Part shown: piece by piece, positions 53,589-63,571 of the stretch | Numbering within the stretch: position 1 is the first letter of the stretch | How the letters are laid out: each line of letters opens with the position of its first letter | Assembly: GCA_964396415.1 (NCBI GenBank) | Contig: CAYNFM010000002.1 | Span: 25,866-89,865 of the forward strand | Origin: an uncultured Treponemataceae bacterium | Lineage (GTDB): Bacteria; Spirochaetota; Spirochaetia; Treponematales; Rectinemataceae | Reading direction: 5' to 3' | DNA length: 64,000 bases | Notes under the pieces: model-generated | The model's database searches: none | What the model saw: the letters and a program-made list of their open reading frames with translations, nothing else | What the model was told of the DNA's origin: nothing | Translations under genes and position numbers: made by a program

Positions 53589-54632
53589 CTAGACCGCGAA
53601 AGTCACGCGATTGCGTCCATCCTGCTTGGACGCGTATAACGCGTGGTCGGCCCTGTCGATAAGGGACTTGCCCGAAATATCGCGCGAGGGATCGAACTGG
53701 GCGACGCCGAGCGAGACGGTAACGGCGAGACTCTTGCCTTCGTAGTTGGTGGGCGTCGCCTCGACGCTCGCGCGCACCCGTTCGGCCGCTTGGAGGGCGC
53801 GATCCCCGTCGGTCTCGTGCAGGAGGAGACAGAACTCCTCGCCGCCATAGCGGGCGGCGAGGTCGTTGCCGCGGACGTTCGACTGTATGACGCGCGCGAC
53901 CTGCTTGAGCACCGCGTCGCCGCATGAATGACCGTGGGTATCGTTGAATTTCTTGAAGAAATCGATATCAATCATAACGACGGAGAGAGGCTTCGAGGAA
54001 TTAGTGGATTCTGCCATGCTCTCGAGCAACATCGTATAGAAATAATGCTTCATCTTTAGGCGAGTCATCATATCGGTCGTGGTCATCTCGAAGAGAAAGG
54101 CATTATTGATCGCGACCGCCGCCAGACCGGCGAGATTGAGCGCATACTCGCGCTCGTAGACGTCGAAGCCCTCCTCGCCGATCTTCTCGCCCATGACCAG
54201 AAGCCCATTGACGGCTCCCTTGGCCTTGAGGGGCACGATTAGGCTTGGTCCAAGAGAGGCTATGCCCTCGAAACCGGCGAAGGATCCGATCCGTTGGCGT
54301 AGGTCTTCGAGAGTATAGCAGCCGTATTGATGGGTGAAGAGTTTGATGACCGGACTATCCTCGGCGATCGAATAATCTACGCCGTGCTGGATCTCGAAGC
54401 CCTTGTAATTTCGGTGTAGACTGAAGCGAGTGGCATCGAGACTTTTCTTGGCCAAGATGCCCGCTTTAAGCACTTTCATCTGCCCCATTACGTTGAACAG
54501 GATCGCGTCGATGAGAATGTGATAATCTAGCATGGAATTGAGGCTTTTCGATACCTCGAGCAATTGGCGTAGATCGAAGACCTGTTTCTCGTATTCTTGC
54601 CGGAGGATTTCGAATTCCGATGCATCAGCCAT
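53589..54632 (-). CDS. GAF-GGDEF diguanylate cyclase
   Basis: 347 aa. Active site RYGGEEF with I-site RGND five residues upstream. N-terminal GAF-like domain. Confidence 0.88.
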   Translation of the reverse strand: MADASEFEILRQEYEKQVFDLRQLLEVSKSLNSMLDYHILIDAILFNVMGQMKVLKAGILAKKSLDATRFSLHRNYKGFEIQHGVDYSIAEDSPVIKLFTHQYGCYTLEDLRQRIGSFAGFEGIASLGPSLIVPLKAKGAVNGLLVMGEKIGEEGFDVYEREYALNLAGLAAVAINNAFLFEMTTTDMMTRLKMKHYFYTMLLESMAESTNSSKPLSVVMIDIDFFKKFNDTHGHSCGDAVLKQVARVIQSNVRGNDLAARYGGEEFCLLLHETDGDRALQAAERVRASVEATPTNYEGKSLAVTVSLGVAQFDPSRDISGKSLIDRADHALYASKQDGRNRVTFAV

Positions 54633-54699
54633 GGTCTTGGGACGCCTCCAGTCGAACTGGTTGAAGTATAAACCTGCGTCGACTCCGATGCCAGCCGCG

Positions 54700-55449
54700 T
54701 CAGCTAGCGTCGCGAGCCTCTCGCACGCCGTTCTCGAAAAGCTCGACGCCCGGATGGTCCCGGGAGCCCCGTCTTCGCCCCGGATGATTCTCCGCGATAA
54801 GGAAGGCCTCGGGATGCGGCATTAGGCCGAACACGCGGCCGGACGGATCGCAGATGCCTGCGATCGCGCGCTCCGAGCCGTTCGGCCCTTCGTCTCGATA
54901 ACGAACCGCGACGAGGCCGTCGGCCTCGAGCGCCGCGAGGGTCGCCTCGTCGCGCGCGACGAATCGGCCTTCTCCGTGCCGAACCGGGAGGAGGCGGCCC
55001 GCGAGTCCCCTGGTCCAAAGACAGCGGCTCGCCGTTTCGAATTCTACGGGGTACCATCCATCCACGAAACGGCCGGACGCGTTCTGAATGAGGGAAACCT
55101 CGCGTCCCCATCTACCGTCGCGATTGGGCAGCAAGCCTATCCTTACGAGAGCCTGGAAACCATTGCATACGCCGATCACGAAGCCGCCGTCGGCGATGAA
55201 GCGTTCCAGCGTAGGCCTCAACGTCCTTCTGCAGAGGAGAGCCAGGACCTGACCCGAGCCCAGATGATCGCCAAAGGAGAAGCCGCCGGGAAAGGCGAGG
55301 ATGCGGGCATCCATGAGCCGCTCGGGATCGGCCACGAGATCGCCGATGTGAAACCTTTCGGGCTTGGCGCCTGCCAGCCTCAGCGCCTCCGCGAGTTCCT
55401 CATCCGCGTTGATTCCATAGCCAGAGAGGACGATCGCCTTGAGTTCCAT
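54700..55449 (-). CDS. purQ: FGAM synthase glutaminase subunit PurQ
   Basis: 249 aa. GGFSFGD, catalytic GVCNGFQ, PHPE. Confidence 0.85.
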   Translation of the reverse strand: MELKAIVLSGYGINADEELAEALRLAGAKPERFHIGDLVADPERLMDARILAFPGGFSFGDHLGSGQVLALLCRRTLRPTLERFIADGGFVIGVCNGFQALVRIGLLPNRDGRWGREVSLIQNASGRFVDGWYPVEFETASRCLWTRGLAGRLLPVRHGEGRFVARDEATLAALEADGLVAVRYRDEGPNGSERAIAGICDPSGRVFGLMPHPEAFLIAENHPGRRRGSRDHPGVELFENGVREARDAS

Positions 55450-55460
55450 GGTTCCTCTCT

Positions 55461-58400
55461 TTACGCTATGGGCGTTTTGTAGGCGCGTTCGATCTCGTCC
55501 AAGCCTGCGTCCAGAATCATGACCCCGCCGAGCCGGACTCGCAACCTCGGCTCCGCGGTCGTTTCCCCGATGAGAGCGACGGGCAAACCCGCAATGCTTC
55601 GCTCGAAGCGTTCGCGATCCTCACGCCGGATCGAGACGAGGAATCGGCCCGTATCCTCCGCGAAAAGCAAGGCGGCCCTATCGGAATACCCAGTCTCGCG
55701 GCCGGAAGGTCGCATTTCCCTTTGACGCGGCATCTCGTCGAGTTGCAGCTCAGCTCCCAGGCGGCCTCCAAGGCAGGATTCGGCCAGGGCGACCGCGAGG
55801 CCGCCATCCGAGAGATCGTGACAGGAACGGAGGACGCGGCCGCTGATCGCATGCGCGATCGCGCGGTAGACGGGAAAGTGTTCATCCGGAGCGCAGACGG
55901 GGCAGGGTCCGAGGAGGCTGACCGGCGAAGGACTTCGGCCCCTCTGTGCGGCCAGCGCGCGCTCGAGCGTAGATGCGCCGAGAAGGCCGCTCGTCGCGCC
56001 GACGATGTATAAAAGCTCGCCGTTCGCGAGGAAGTCGGTGGAGCTCGCCTTGCGGACGTCGTCGATGATGCCGACCAAGGTGATGAGGAGGGTGGGTGCC
56101 ACTGAGATGCGCCTCCCTCCGGCGAAGGCATCGTTCTTCATCGAGTCCTTGCCCGAGATCAGGGGGAGGCCGTAGGCGATACAAGCCTCCTTGAGCGCCT
56201 CGCAAGCCCGGACGAGCTGAGCGAGCTTATAGGCCCCGTCGGGATTGGAAGGCGACTCGACGGGATCGGGCCAGCAGAAGTTGTCCAGGGCCACCGCGCC
56301 CTCGGGATTTCCTCCGAGGGCGATATGGGCGCGATAGGCTTCGTCGACTGCCGCGAGCGCCATCGCGCGCGCGTCTCGTGATGACAGTCGCGGGCAGATG
56401 CCATGGGTCACGGTGAGACCGCGCCAGGAATCGTATAGCGGTTTGAGTACCCCGCCATCGCTCGGCGCATCGCGGCCGAGGCCCGTGAAAGGCTTCTCGA
56501 TGGATATGCCCTTCACTTCGTGGTCGTATTGCCTGACGAGGTCTTCTTTCGAGGCGACGTCGGGATCGGCCAGGACCGACAGGAGGGTGGGCGTCCAGTC
56601 GTCACGATCCTCGAGCGGAGAGGATGCGAATGAAGGAGGGATCCATCGCGCCGGCAGCCGCATCGTCGGGAGGCCGCGGTGCAGGAATTCCATGCCGACG
56701 AGGCAGACGGTCCTACCGCGGTAAGTCGCCTCAACCTGGCCCGAAGCCGTGAACTCCCCGACGACGGTCGCTTCCACGCCACGTCTCGCCGCGAGCTTGA
56801 GGAGCCCCTCCAAGGACTCGGGCCTAACGGCGAGGCTCATCCTCTCCTGGCTCTCCGAGACGAGGATTTCCCAGGGAGACAGGCCGGGATACTTCAGGGG
56901 ACATTTATCGAGGTCGATCCGCACTCCGCCCGACGACTCGGCCATCTCGCAGAGACTCGACGAGAGCCCGCCTGCCCCATTGTCGGTTATGCCCGAGTAT
57001 AGTCCCGCGTCGCGGGCGTCAATGAGGAAGTCGCTCATCCGCTTTTGCGTTATCGGATCACCGATTTGCACCGCGGAGCTGGGACTGGCTTCGTCCATGG
57101 CGAGGCTTGAGAAGGTCGCGCCGTGAATGCCGTCCTTGCCTATCCGCCCGCCGACCATGACGGAGAGCATCCCCGGACGGATTGACTTCTCCCAGGATGG
57201 AGCCCCGCGCACTTCCATAGGCATGATGCCGCCCGTACCGCAGAACACGAGGGGCTTACCCAAGTAGCCTTCGTCGAATACGAAGGCGCCCGCGACTACC
57301 GGAATGCCCGACTGGTTGCCGCCGTCGACGATGCCTTTATGCACACCGGCTAGGAGCTCACGGGGAACTATGAGGCCCGCGGGGACTTCCTCGTCGGGGA
57401 TCGAGGGAGGGGCGAAACAGAGGACGTCGGTATTAAAGAGGGGACCTGCGCCGATGCCAGTGCCCAAAATATCGCGATTGACTCCGACGATGCCCGTTAT
57501 CGACCCGCCGTAAGGATCGAGGGCCGAAGGCGAGTTGTGCGTCTCGGCCTTCACGCAGACGGCATGCTCCGCGTCGAACTTGAAGACGCCCGCGTTGTCG
57601 GTGAACACGGATAGAAGATCGGGTCTTAAGGGCGCGAGTTCCTCTGTGGTCGAGCGGATGAAGGTCTTGAACAGAGAATCTATTTCGCGAGGGGATTCGC
57701 CGGCTTCCGAGTATTCTATCTCGGCATTGAAAATCTTGTGCTTGCAATGCTCGCTCCAGGTCTGTGCGATCATTTCGATTTCGACGTCCGTTACCTCTGT
57801 AGTCAGTCCGGAGGCGGCGCGGAGGGCTTTTATCGCTGGAGCGGCGAAGTAGGCTTTTATGGCCTTCATTTCGGCCAGGCTCAGCGCGAGAAGCCGCTTC
57901 GAAGAAAAGGCTTCGAGGCCCTCGTCGTCCAGCGCGCCGAGATCGAAGCGCTTAGGCTCCGGGTCGTCCGCGAGCGATACGGCGGGATAAGGATCGGGCA
58001 GGCGGGCCCCGTCTTCCCATTCCCCCCTCGAAATGAAGATCGCCGATTGCACGAGAGGGTTCCAAAGTACCGAAAACGCGCGTTGCACGACCTCGAGGGA
58101 AGATTGCCGGGCCGTCACTACGTAAAGACAGGCAGTCTGAACGAGATGGTCCCCTCCCGACCTTTCGCATCCGGCAATAGCGATGGCCTCGCTCGCCGTG
58201 AATGCGAGAGTGTCGGTGACGCCTGGACGATAGGCTATCTCGACGAGCCAGTCCCATCCGCCCATGGAAGGCAGGGCTGGCAGAGGAGATACAGTTACGA
58301 ATTGAGTGACTTGATCGCAAAAGAGCTCTTCCGCAGTCGCCCGAGGCAGGGGAAAGTCGACCAGGATTACGTCGGCGACAATGACCGATACGCTCCTGCC

Positions 58401-58481
58401 AAGGAAGCGCTCGAGGCGTTTTGACGGCACCGCGCCTCTCCCGTCGAGGCCGGGTCGGGAATAGCAGGTCTCGATGCGCAT
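55461..58481 (-). CDS. purL: FGAM synthase PurL with fused PurS-like N-terminal domain and linker (large-PurL type without glutaminase)
   Basis: 1006 aa. N-terminal IAYRPGVTD PurS-like unit. SEHCKHKIF, ETHNSPSA, duplicated AIR-synthase-like halves. Confidence 0.9.
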   Translation of the reverse strand: MRIETCYSRPGLDGRGAVPSKRLERFLGRSVSVIVADVILVDFPLPRATAEELFCDQVTQFVTVSPLPALPSMGGWDWLVEIAYRPGVTDTLAFTASEAIAIAGCERSGGDHLVQTACLYVVTARQSSLEVVQRAFSVLWNPLVQSAIFISRGEWEDGARLPDPYPAVSLADDPEPKRFDLGALDDEGLEAFSSKRLLALSLAEMKAIKAYFAAPAIKALRAASGLTTEVTDVEIEMIAQTWSEHCKHKIFNAEIEYSEAGESPREIDSLFKTFIRSTTEELAPLRPDLLSVFTDNAGVFKFDAEHAVCVKAETHNSPSALDPYGGSITGIVGVNRDILGTGIGAGPLFNTDVLCFAPPSIPDEEVPAGLIVPRELLAGVHKGIVDGGNQSGIPVVAGAFVFDEGYLGKPLVFCGTGGIMPMEVRGAPSWEKSIRPGMLSVMVGGRIGKDGIHGATFSSLAMDEASPSSAVQIGDPITQKRMSDFLIDARDAGLYSGITDNGAGGLSSSLCEMAESSGGVRIDLDKCPLKYPGLSPWEILVSESQERMSLAVRPESLEGLLKLAARRGVEATVVGEFTASGQVEATYRGRTVCLVGMEFLHRGLPTMRLPARWIPPSFASSPLEDRDDWTPTLLSVLADPDVASKEDLVRQYDHEVKGISIEKPFTGLGRDAPSDGGVLKPLYDSWRGLTVTHGICPRLSSRDARAMALAAVDEAYRAHIALGGNPEGAVALDNFCWPDPVESPSNPDGAYKLAQLVRACEALKEACIAYGLPLISGKDSMKNDAFAGGRRISVAPTLLITLVGIIDDVRKASSTDFLANGELLYIVGATSGLLGASTLERALAAQRGRSPSPVSLLGPCPVCAPDEHFPVYRAIAHAISGRVLRSCHDLSDGGLAVALAESCLGGRLGAELQLDEMPRQREMRPSGRETGYSDRAALLFAEDTGRFLVSIRREDRERFERSIAGLPVALIGETTAEPRLRVRLGGVMILDAGLDEIERAYKTPIA

Positions 58482-58486
58482 GGAGC

Positions 58487-58515
58487 ACTCTACAGAAAGC
58501 CTCGTGGCCAGTCAA
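58487..58515 (-). promoter_or_regulatory. sigma-70-type promoter TTGACT-N17-TAGAGT ending 5 nt before the purL ATG
   Basis: Read on the minus strand: TTGACT 58515-58510, TAGAGT 58492-58487, ATG 58481. No SD. Confidence 0.3.
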
Positions 58516-58545
58516 TACTTGTGTGGACTCGCCGGTCATGATCCG

Positions 58546-60378
58546 CTAATAGAGCAGCTTGATATCCTCCTGGTCTTTTTTATGCTTCATTTTTATATAG
58601 AGCGAGCCCATTTCTTTTTTATAGAGATATCCCGAGGCATCGTAGCTTTCGAACTCGTTGTCCGGGCTGTAATCGATGTCGTAAAGCTGGATATCGGTAA
58701 AAGGCTTGACCCCATAGAAGGTCAAATAGTGCGAACGGCCGGCGGGGAAGGCAGCAGTGAACACGTAACGCGCCGAGTTCGCCTGGACAACGAGCGAGGG
58801 AGAGCAAGTCCAGGCCCAGAAGCCTGGCATTATATCGCGATAGAAAGAGACTTCATGCGGGTAATACGGGTTGTCGGCGACGAGAGAGTAGAGCTCTTCG
58901 GGTGCAATGGCTCCTATTCGCTGCTCGATCGTAGCGCCGCGGACTACGACACGCGCCGGCGCGAAGCCTTGCGCATCAGAAAGCCCCCAAACACCCTCGA
59001 CGAGTCCCTGGCCTACGCCAACTATGGCAGGCTTGGCTTTAGCAGTCCCGTAGGCTACCAGTAAGCGGCCCGCGAGTAGGCAGGTCCTTATATCGCTGGA
59101 GCCATCCGCCTCGGTGACCAAGACAAATCCATTCGGGGCCGCACGCGCTGCGGCAACGATAGACTCGGCTGCAGCGGAGGCAGCGCGGCAAGGATTGTCT
59201 TCATCCTTAAGCCCAAGCAGCGATTTCCCATCTAGGGCACAACCAAGATAGCCTACCGCCTGCCCGATCGTTAGCTTGGAAGGGTCTACCCCCGCGAAAT
59301 ACTTGAAAGCGCCCTGAGCGAGCGAAGCCGGTCCCCGATCAAGGAGGAAACTCAAGAGCCCGTCTTTCTCAAAGATCGACGGCGAATTATCTGCGACCAA
59401 TTGGGCAAGACGCTTCGATTCGGCGAGATCGGCGACCTGCAAGGCGCTCATCTTACGCACAAGATCTCCAAGGTAGGGTGCGGATAGGTAGCTTAAATCG
59501 TCTCTCCACTTGTCTTTCGCGCCCCGCACGCGTGAGAGGGAATCCTGAAACGTGCCTCGCGCGAGGGACTCGGCGAGATATGCTGTAAGAGCCTTTTCGG
59601 AAAAACCAGGAAGGCCGTCGAGACCTTTCCAGGTTATCTTGTCGGGGTCGAAGCGCGTCGAGGATAAGCCGGACCAGACCTCGTCCCTCCACGCCGCGAT
59701 TTCGGCCTTGAAAGCCTCGGCCTCCTTCGGAGCCTGGGCGACTAGCCTTTCGGGCGCAGCCGCCTCGTCCTGTTTGGGCGGGGAGGACGAAATCCTCTGG
59801 AGGGCCAAGCCGGTATCCCCCGGTCGCAAAGAAATAAATCCGGCAGCTTCGTCAAGACTGCTTTCGGACAGGCTGACCTCGTATGACGAGTCTTTCATTT
59901 CGATACGACGCTGGCCGTTCTCCTCCAGGAAACGGGTTGAGGAAGCAGGAGCGAGCCGCACCCGAACCTCGGCAATGCCGTCTGGGGCTGAGACGCTTAT
60001 ACCGAAGCGATCGGGCGGACCTTTGTCTACCACAGCCCTGAGTTCGACTCCGGAAGAAAATTGGATACTTATGCCATTGGGAATCTTGCCTATCGACGCC
60101 AGCGCAAGGGTAGTTGTGGCGCCGCCCGTATCGACGCTCTCCGCAACGGATTTCGGCGAGATCAAGAATGCGAGGCCCGAAAAGGAGAGCCGAAGAGAAA
60201 CGGGAGTCGTACCCGCTTTCCCATGGACGGCTCTCGGGTAGGAGGCGCTGACAGCGAGAGGACCTATTTTTTCGGATATGCCCGGACCCTTCGAGAATTG
60301 CACGAGGACAATTAGCACGAATAGGCAGCAATAGAGAAAAACAAGGCCGAGGGCCCGCCTGAAGGCTCCGTTTTGCAT
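58546..60378 (-). CDS. hypothetical N-terminally anchored 610-aa protein
   Basis: Single N-terminal TM (LGLVFLYCCLFVLIVLVQF). Long extracytoplasmic body with normal composition. No motif recognised. Confidence 0.55.
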   Translation of the reverse strand: MQNGAFRRALGLVFLYCCLFVLIVLVQFSKGPGISEKIGPLAVSASYPRAVHGKAGTTPVSLRLSFSGLAFLISPKSVAESVDTGGATTTLALASIGKIPNGISIQFSSGVELRAVVDKGPPDRFGISVSAPDGIAEVRVRLAPASSTRFLEENGQRRIEMKDSSYEVSLSESSLDEAAGFISLRPGDTGLALQRISSSPPKQDEAAAPERLVAQAPKEAEAFKAEIAAWRDEVWSGLSSTRFDPDKITWKGLDGLPGFSEKALTAYLAESLARGTFQDSLSRVRGAKDKWRDDLSYLSAPYLGDLVRKMSALQVADLAESKRLAQLVADNSPSIFEKDGLLSFLLDRGPASLAQGAFKYFAGVDPSKLTIGQAVGYLGCALDGKSLLGLKDEDNPCRAASAAAESIVAAARAAPNGFVLVTEADGSSDIRTCLLAGRLLVAYGTAKAKPAIVGVGQGLVEGVWGLSDAQGFAPARVVVRGATIEQRIGAIAPEELYSLVADNPYYPHEVSFYRDIMPGFWAWTCSPSLVVQANSARYVFTAAFPAGRSHYLTFYGVKPFTDIQLYDIDYSPDNEFESYDASGYLYKKEMGSLYIKMKHKKDQEDIKLLY

Positions 60379-60491
60379 TGCGGATATGGACTATAGCTGG
60401 TAACAGGGCCTTGTGCAACCTTGTATAATGGATACCGCGCAGGATAGTATCGAGCGCCTTGTCAGGAAGCGGAATCGGGGAGCGGAATAGA

Positions 60492-61982
60492 ATGGAGTTC
60501 GAGCACCGGAGACGTGACGGATCGTCAAGATCGGATTTTTCGCGAATACTTCTGCGACTGGCGACCGTTGCGGCCGTAATGGCCGCCGTCCTTGCGCTTT
60601 CGCTTCTTGCCGCATGCGCCGGAACGCCAAAGCCCGCGACGACGGCGGCTTCGGTCAAACGCCCTGCGAACGAACCGGGTCGCGAACAAAAGCGCATCCA
60701 GGGCGTCGAAGCGGCGGCAGCGCTTTTGAACAAGGGCGATGCCTCGGCGGCAGCCGACGAACTAGGCGCTATGGCTGCGGCCTCCCCGAAGGATAGCGAT
60801 CTCAAGCTTGCCCAGGCCGCGGCTCTCGTATCGGCCGGGAAGCTGGATCAGGCCAAGACATGCGTCGACTCCATCCTCGCGGTTGAACCCGCCAACCCCC
60901 GCGCCCTCACGATGGGTGCCGAACTCGCGCGATTCGGGGATGACGACAAAGCCAGACGTTCCTACTTGGATCGAGCCCTCGCTGCCGCACCGGCCGATGC
61001 GGACGTACTCAGCGCCTGGGGGGATTATTACCTGGAGGGGCAATCCTGGGCTCGGGCCGACGATTCCTTCCGGCGCGCCCTCGTAGCCGATCCGAAGAAC
61101 GTCGATGCGATGCTCGGGCTCGGACGTGCGCTTTACCGCGAGGCCAGGTATCCGGAGTCGGAAGCCGAACTCTCCGCGGCCATCGCGCTGGAACCAGCCT
61201 CCCCTCTCGCCTACTCGGACAGGAGCCGCGCGAGGTATGAGCAGGGGAAATACAAGGAAGCCGAGGAAGACCTCGATGCCGCCGTATCCATGGCCCCGGA
61301 CCAATCTTGGCTCTATCTCGATCGGGGGCGATTCCGCTTGGACAAAGGCGATAAAGCAGGCGCCAAGACCGACTTCGACAAGGCCATAACCCTCGATCCA
61401 GGATACTTCCTTTCATATGTATACCGGGGCGGTATTCTCGAGGAGACAGGAAACGATACCGCGGCGCTCGACGATTACCGCAAGGTTACCGAGCTCTACC
61501 CCGATTATTGGTACGCCTTCGAATCCGCGGGAGCCGCGGCCTTTCGCCTAGGGCTTTGGACGGAGTCCGCCATCGATTTCAAGCGCGCCTACGCCTCATC
61601 CTCCGCACGCTACGAATACGCAATCGCCTCCGCTCTCGCGCTGTGGCGCTCCGGCCGGCCCAAGGATGCGTCGGTATTCGCGGGTTCCATCGCTCCAGGG
61701 ATCGACCGAGATAAGAACGGCATCTACTGGGCGATGCTCCGCCTGTTGCAGGATCAGAACGACGCTACGGCGGAGCTCGAACTCGCAATCCAGGCCGAAA
61801 AGAAGCTCGATCTCAAATCCGCGATGCTTTTCTATCTTTCCGAGTATTGGATATGCCGGGGCAAAGTCGATCTTGCGTCCAAATACCTCGCACTCGTACA
61901 GGATATGAAGCGGGAAGGCACGCTCGAGTATCGGCTTCTCCTCGCTGAGCGGAAGCGACTCGATGCAGGGATGAATGGCTGA
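60492..61982 (+). CDS. TPR-repeat lipoprotein
   Basis: Start at MEFEHRR (GGGGAG upstream). Lipobox LSLLAAC. Many 34-aa A/Y/L TPR-like repeats. Confidence 0.75.
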   Translation: MEFEHRRRDGSSRSDFSRILLRLATVAAVMAAVLALSLLAACAGTPKPATTAASVKRPANEPGREQKRIQGVEAAAALLNKGDASAAADELGAMAAASPKDSDLKLAQAAALVSAGKLDQAKTCVDSILAVEPANPRALTMGAELARFGDDDKARRSYLDRALAAAPADADVLSAWGDYYLEGQSWARADDSFRRALVADPKNVDAMLGLGRALYREARYPESEAELSAAIALEPASPLAYSDRSRARYEQGKYKEAEEDLDAAVSMAPDQSWLYLDRGRFRLDKGDKAGAKTDFDKAITLDPGYFLSYVYRGGILEETGNDTAALDDYRKVTELYPDYWYAFESAGAAAFRLGLWTESAIDFKRAYASSSARYEYAIASALALWRSGRPKDASVFAGSIAPGIDRDKNGIYWAMLRLLQDQNDATAELELAIQAEKKLDLKSAMLFYLSEYWICRGKVDLASKYLALVQDMKREGTLEYRLLLAERKRLDAGMNG

Positions 61983-62940
61983 GCTCCTTTCCCGTTTGAC
62001 CTCCTGTCTCGCGGCATATCGCCCGGTAGCCGTGCAGACGCACGACTACCCGGATATCGACGCCGTCGCCTCCGCGTGGGGCCTGGCATCCCTCCTGTGC
62101 CGACGAGGCTTTTCCGTCGCTTGCTGTTACCGCGGCGAGCTTCGGAGCCGAAGTCTTCGAATTCTAGTCGATGAGCTCGGCATCCCTCTGGACCAAGCCC
62201 GCGAGGATGAACCGAAACGACAGCTAATCGTCGTCGACGGCTCACCCGGCAACGGCAACGTAAGTCTCGTAGCGGGGGAGCTCGTCGCGGTATTGGATCA
62301 TCATTGCGAATCCGGGGAGGCGATCGCCCCCTTCCTCGACCTCCGTCCCGACCTGGCCGCATGCTCGACAATGATATACGGCTACTGGAAAGAAGCGGGC
62401 ATGGAGCCTCCGAGCGATATCGCTACCGCCCTTCTCGCGGGCATACAATCCGACACCGACTTCCTGAGCCGCAGTTGTTCCGACGAAGACTTCGCCGCCT
62501 ATGCCTCCCTCTACAGGGCGGGCGATTGGCAGCTTGCGAGCCGAGTCGTGCGCACTGTCCTCGATATCGGCGAACTCGGCCTTATAGTCGCGGCGCTCGG
62601 CGAAGCCCGCGTCCAGGACGGTATCCTCTTCGCCTTCGTGCGTGGACCTTGCGGGCAGGAGGCTCTGGCCGTGTTGGCGGAATTCGCTCTCAGGGCCGAA
62701 GAGCTATCCGCCGCTGCCGTTGCCGTCGAGGACGAGGTCGGAATCCACTTCTCCGTTCGCTCGAAGAGCCCGATCGTTTCGGCCTTCTGCCTCGTTCGCT
62801 CCGCCCTGGAAGGGATAGGTTCGAGCGGCGGCCACTCCCACTCGGCCGGGGGGGTGGTGCCTAAAGACATGAATCCCGGCGAGGACGCATTGCGTGATAG
62901 GTTCTTCAAAGCGGCAGCCGACGCTGCCGGTCGCCGATAG
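61975..62940 (+). CDS. DHH family phosphoesterase (NrnA-like)
   Basis: 321 aa. DIDAVAS, VVDGS, LDHH, DTDF, GGHSHSAGG (DHHA1). Confidence 0.8.
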   Translation: MAELLSRLTSCLAAYRPVAVQTHDYPDIDAVASAWGLASLLCRRGFSVACCYRGELRSRSLRILVDELGIPLDQAREDEPKRQLIVVDGSPGNGNVSLVAGELVAVLDHHCESGEAIAPFLDLRPDLAACSTMIYGYWKEAGMEPPSDIATALLAGIQSDTDFLSRSCSDEDFAAYASLYRAGDWQLASRVVRTVLDIGELGLIVAALGEARVQDGILFAFVRGPCGQEALAVLAEFALRAEELSAAAVAVEDEVGIHFSVRSKSPIVSAFCLVRSALEGIGSSGGHSHSAGGVVPKDMNPGEDALRDRFFKAAADAAGRR

Positions 62941-63034
62941 GGGGAGCCAAACGCGGGAAGAGCGACTATAATTTTGGTCGCATACAACAAGAAGCGCTTC
63001 GAGAGCGCTCGAAAGCTACAAGAGGACAAGAGCA

Positions 63035-63532
63035 ATGGATAACTGTCCCTGCGGATCCGGACTTCCCTACGACGACTGCTGCGGCCCCTACATCACGGGA
63101 AAGGCCAAGCCCTCGACGGCCGAGGCCCTCATGCGCAGCCGCTACACAGCCTATGCGACCAAGGCCGTCGACTACATCATCGATACATGCCTCCGCGACG
63201 ACGAGCACGGCATCGATGTCGAGGCTACGCGGCGATGGAGCGAGAAATCCACTTGGCTCGGTCTCAGGATACTGAAGATCGAGAAGGGCGATCCCACGGA
63301 CCAGGAAGGCATGGTCGAATTCAAGGCGACGTACGTCCAGGGCGGCCTGCGCGAGGAACATCACGAAAAAGCCTCGTTCGTCAAGCAAGAGGGTGCCTGG
63401 CTTTTCGCCGACGGAGAGCTCTTCCCTGAAACCGTCGTGCGCGAAGGCCCCAAGATCGGCCGCAACGATCCTTGCCCCTGCGGCTCGGGTAGGAAATACA
63501 AGAAGTGCCACGGCGCCTTCGACCATTCATGA
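63035..63532 (+). CDS. ychJ: YchJ family protein with two SEC-C zinc motifs
   Basis: 165 aa. N-terminal CPCGSG...CC and C-terminal [17 protein letters not shown]. Confidence 0.85.
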   Translation: MDNCPCGSGLPYDDCCGPYITGKAKPSTAEALMRSRYTAYATKAVDYIIDTCLRDDEHGIDVEATRRWSEKSTWLGLRILKIEKGDPTDQEGMVEFKATYVQGGLREEHHEKASFVKQEGAWLFADGELFPETVVREGPKIGRNDPCPCGSGRKYKKCHGAFDHS

Positions 63533-63571
63533 TCGCTCCGGGGGTGTGACGATTCGGCGATTCTCAATCCC

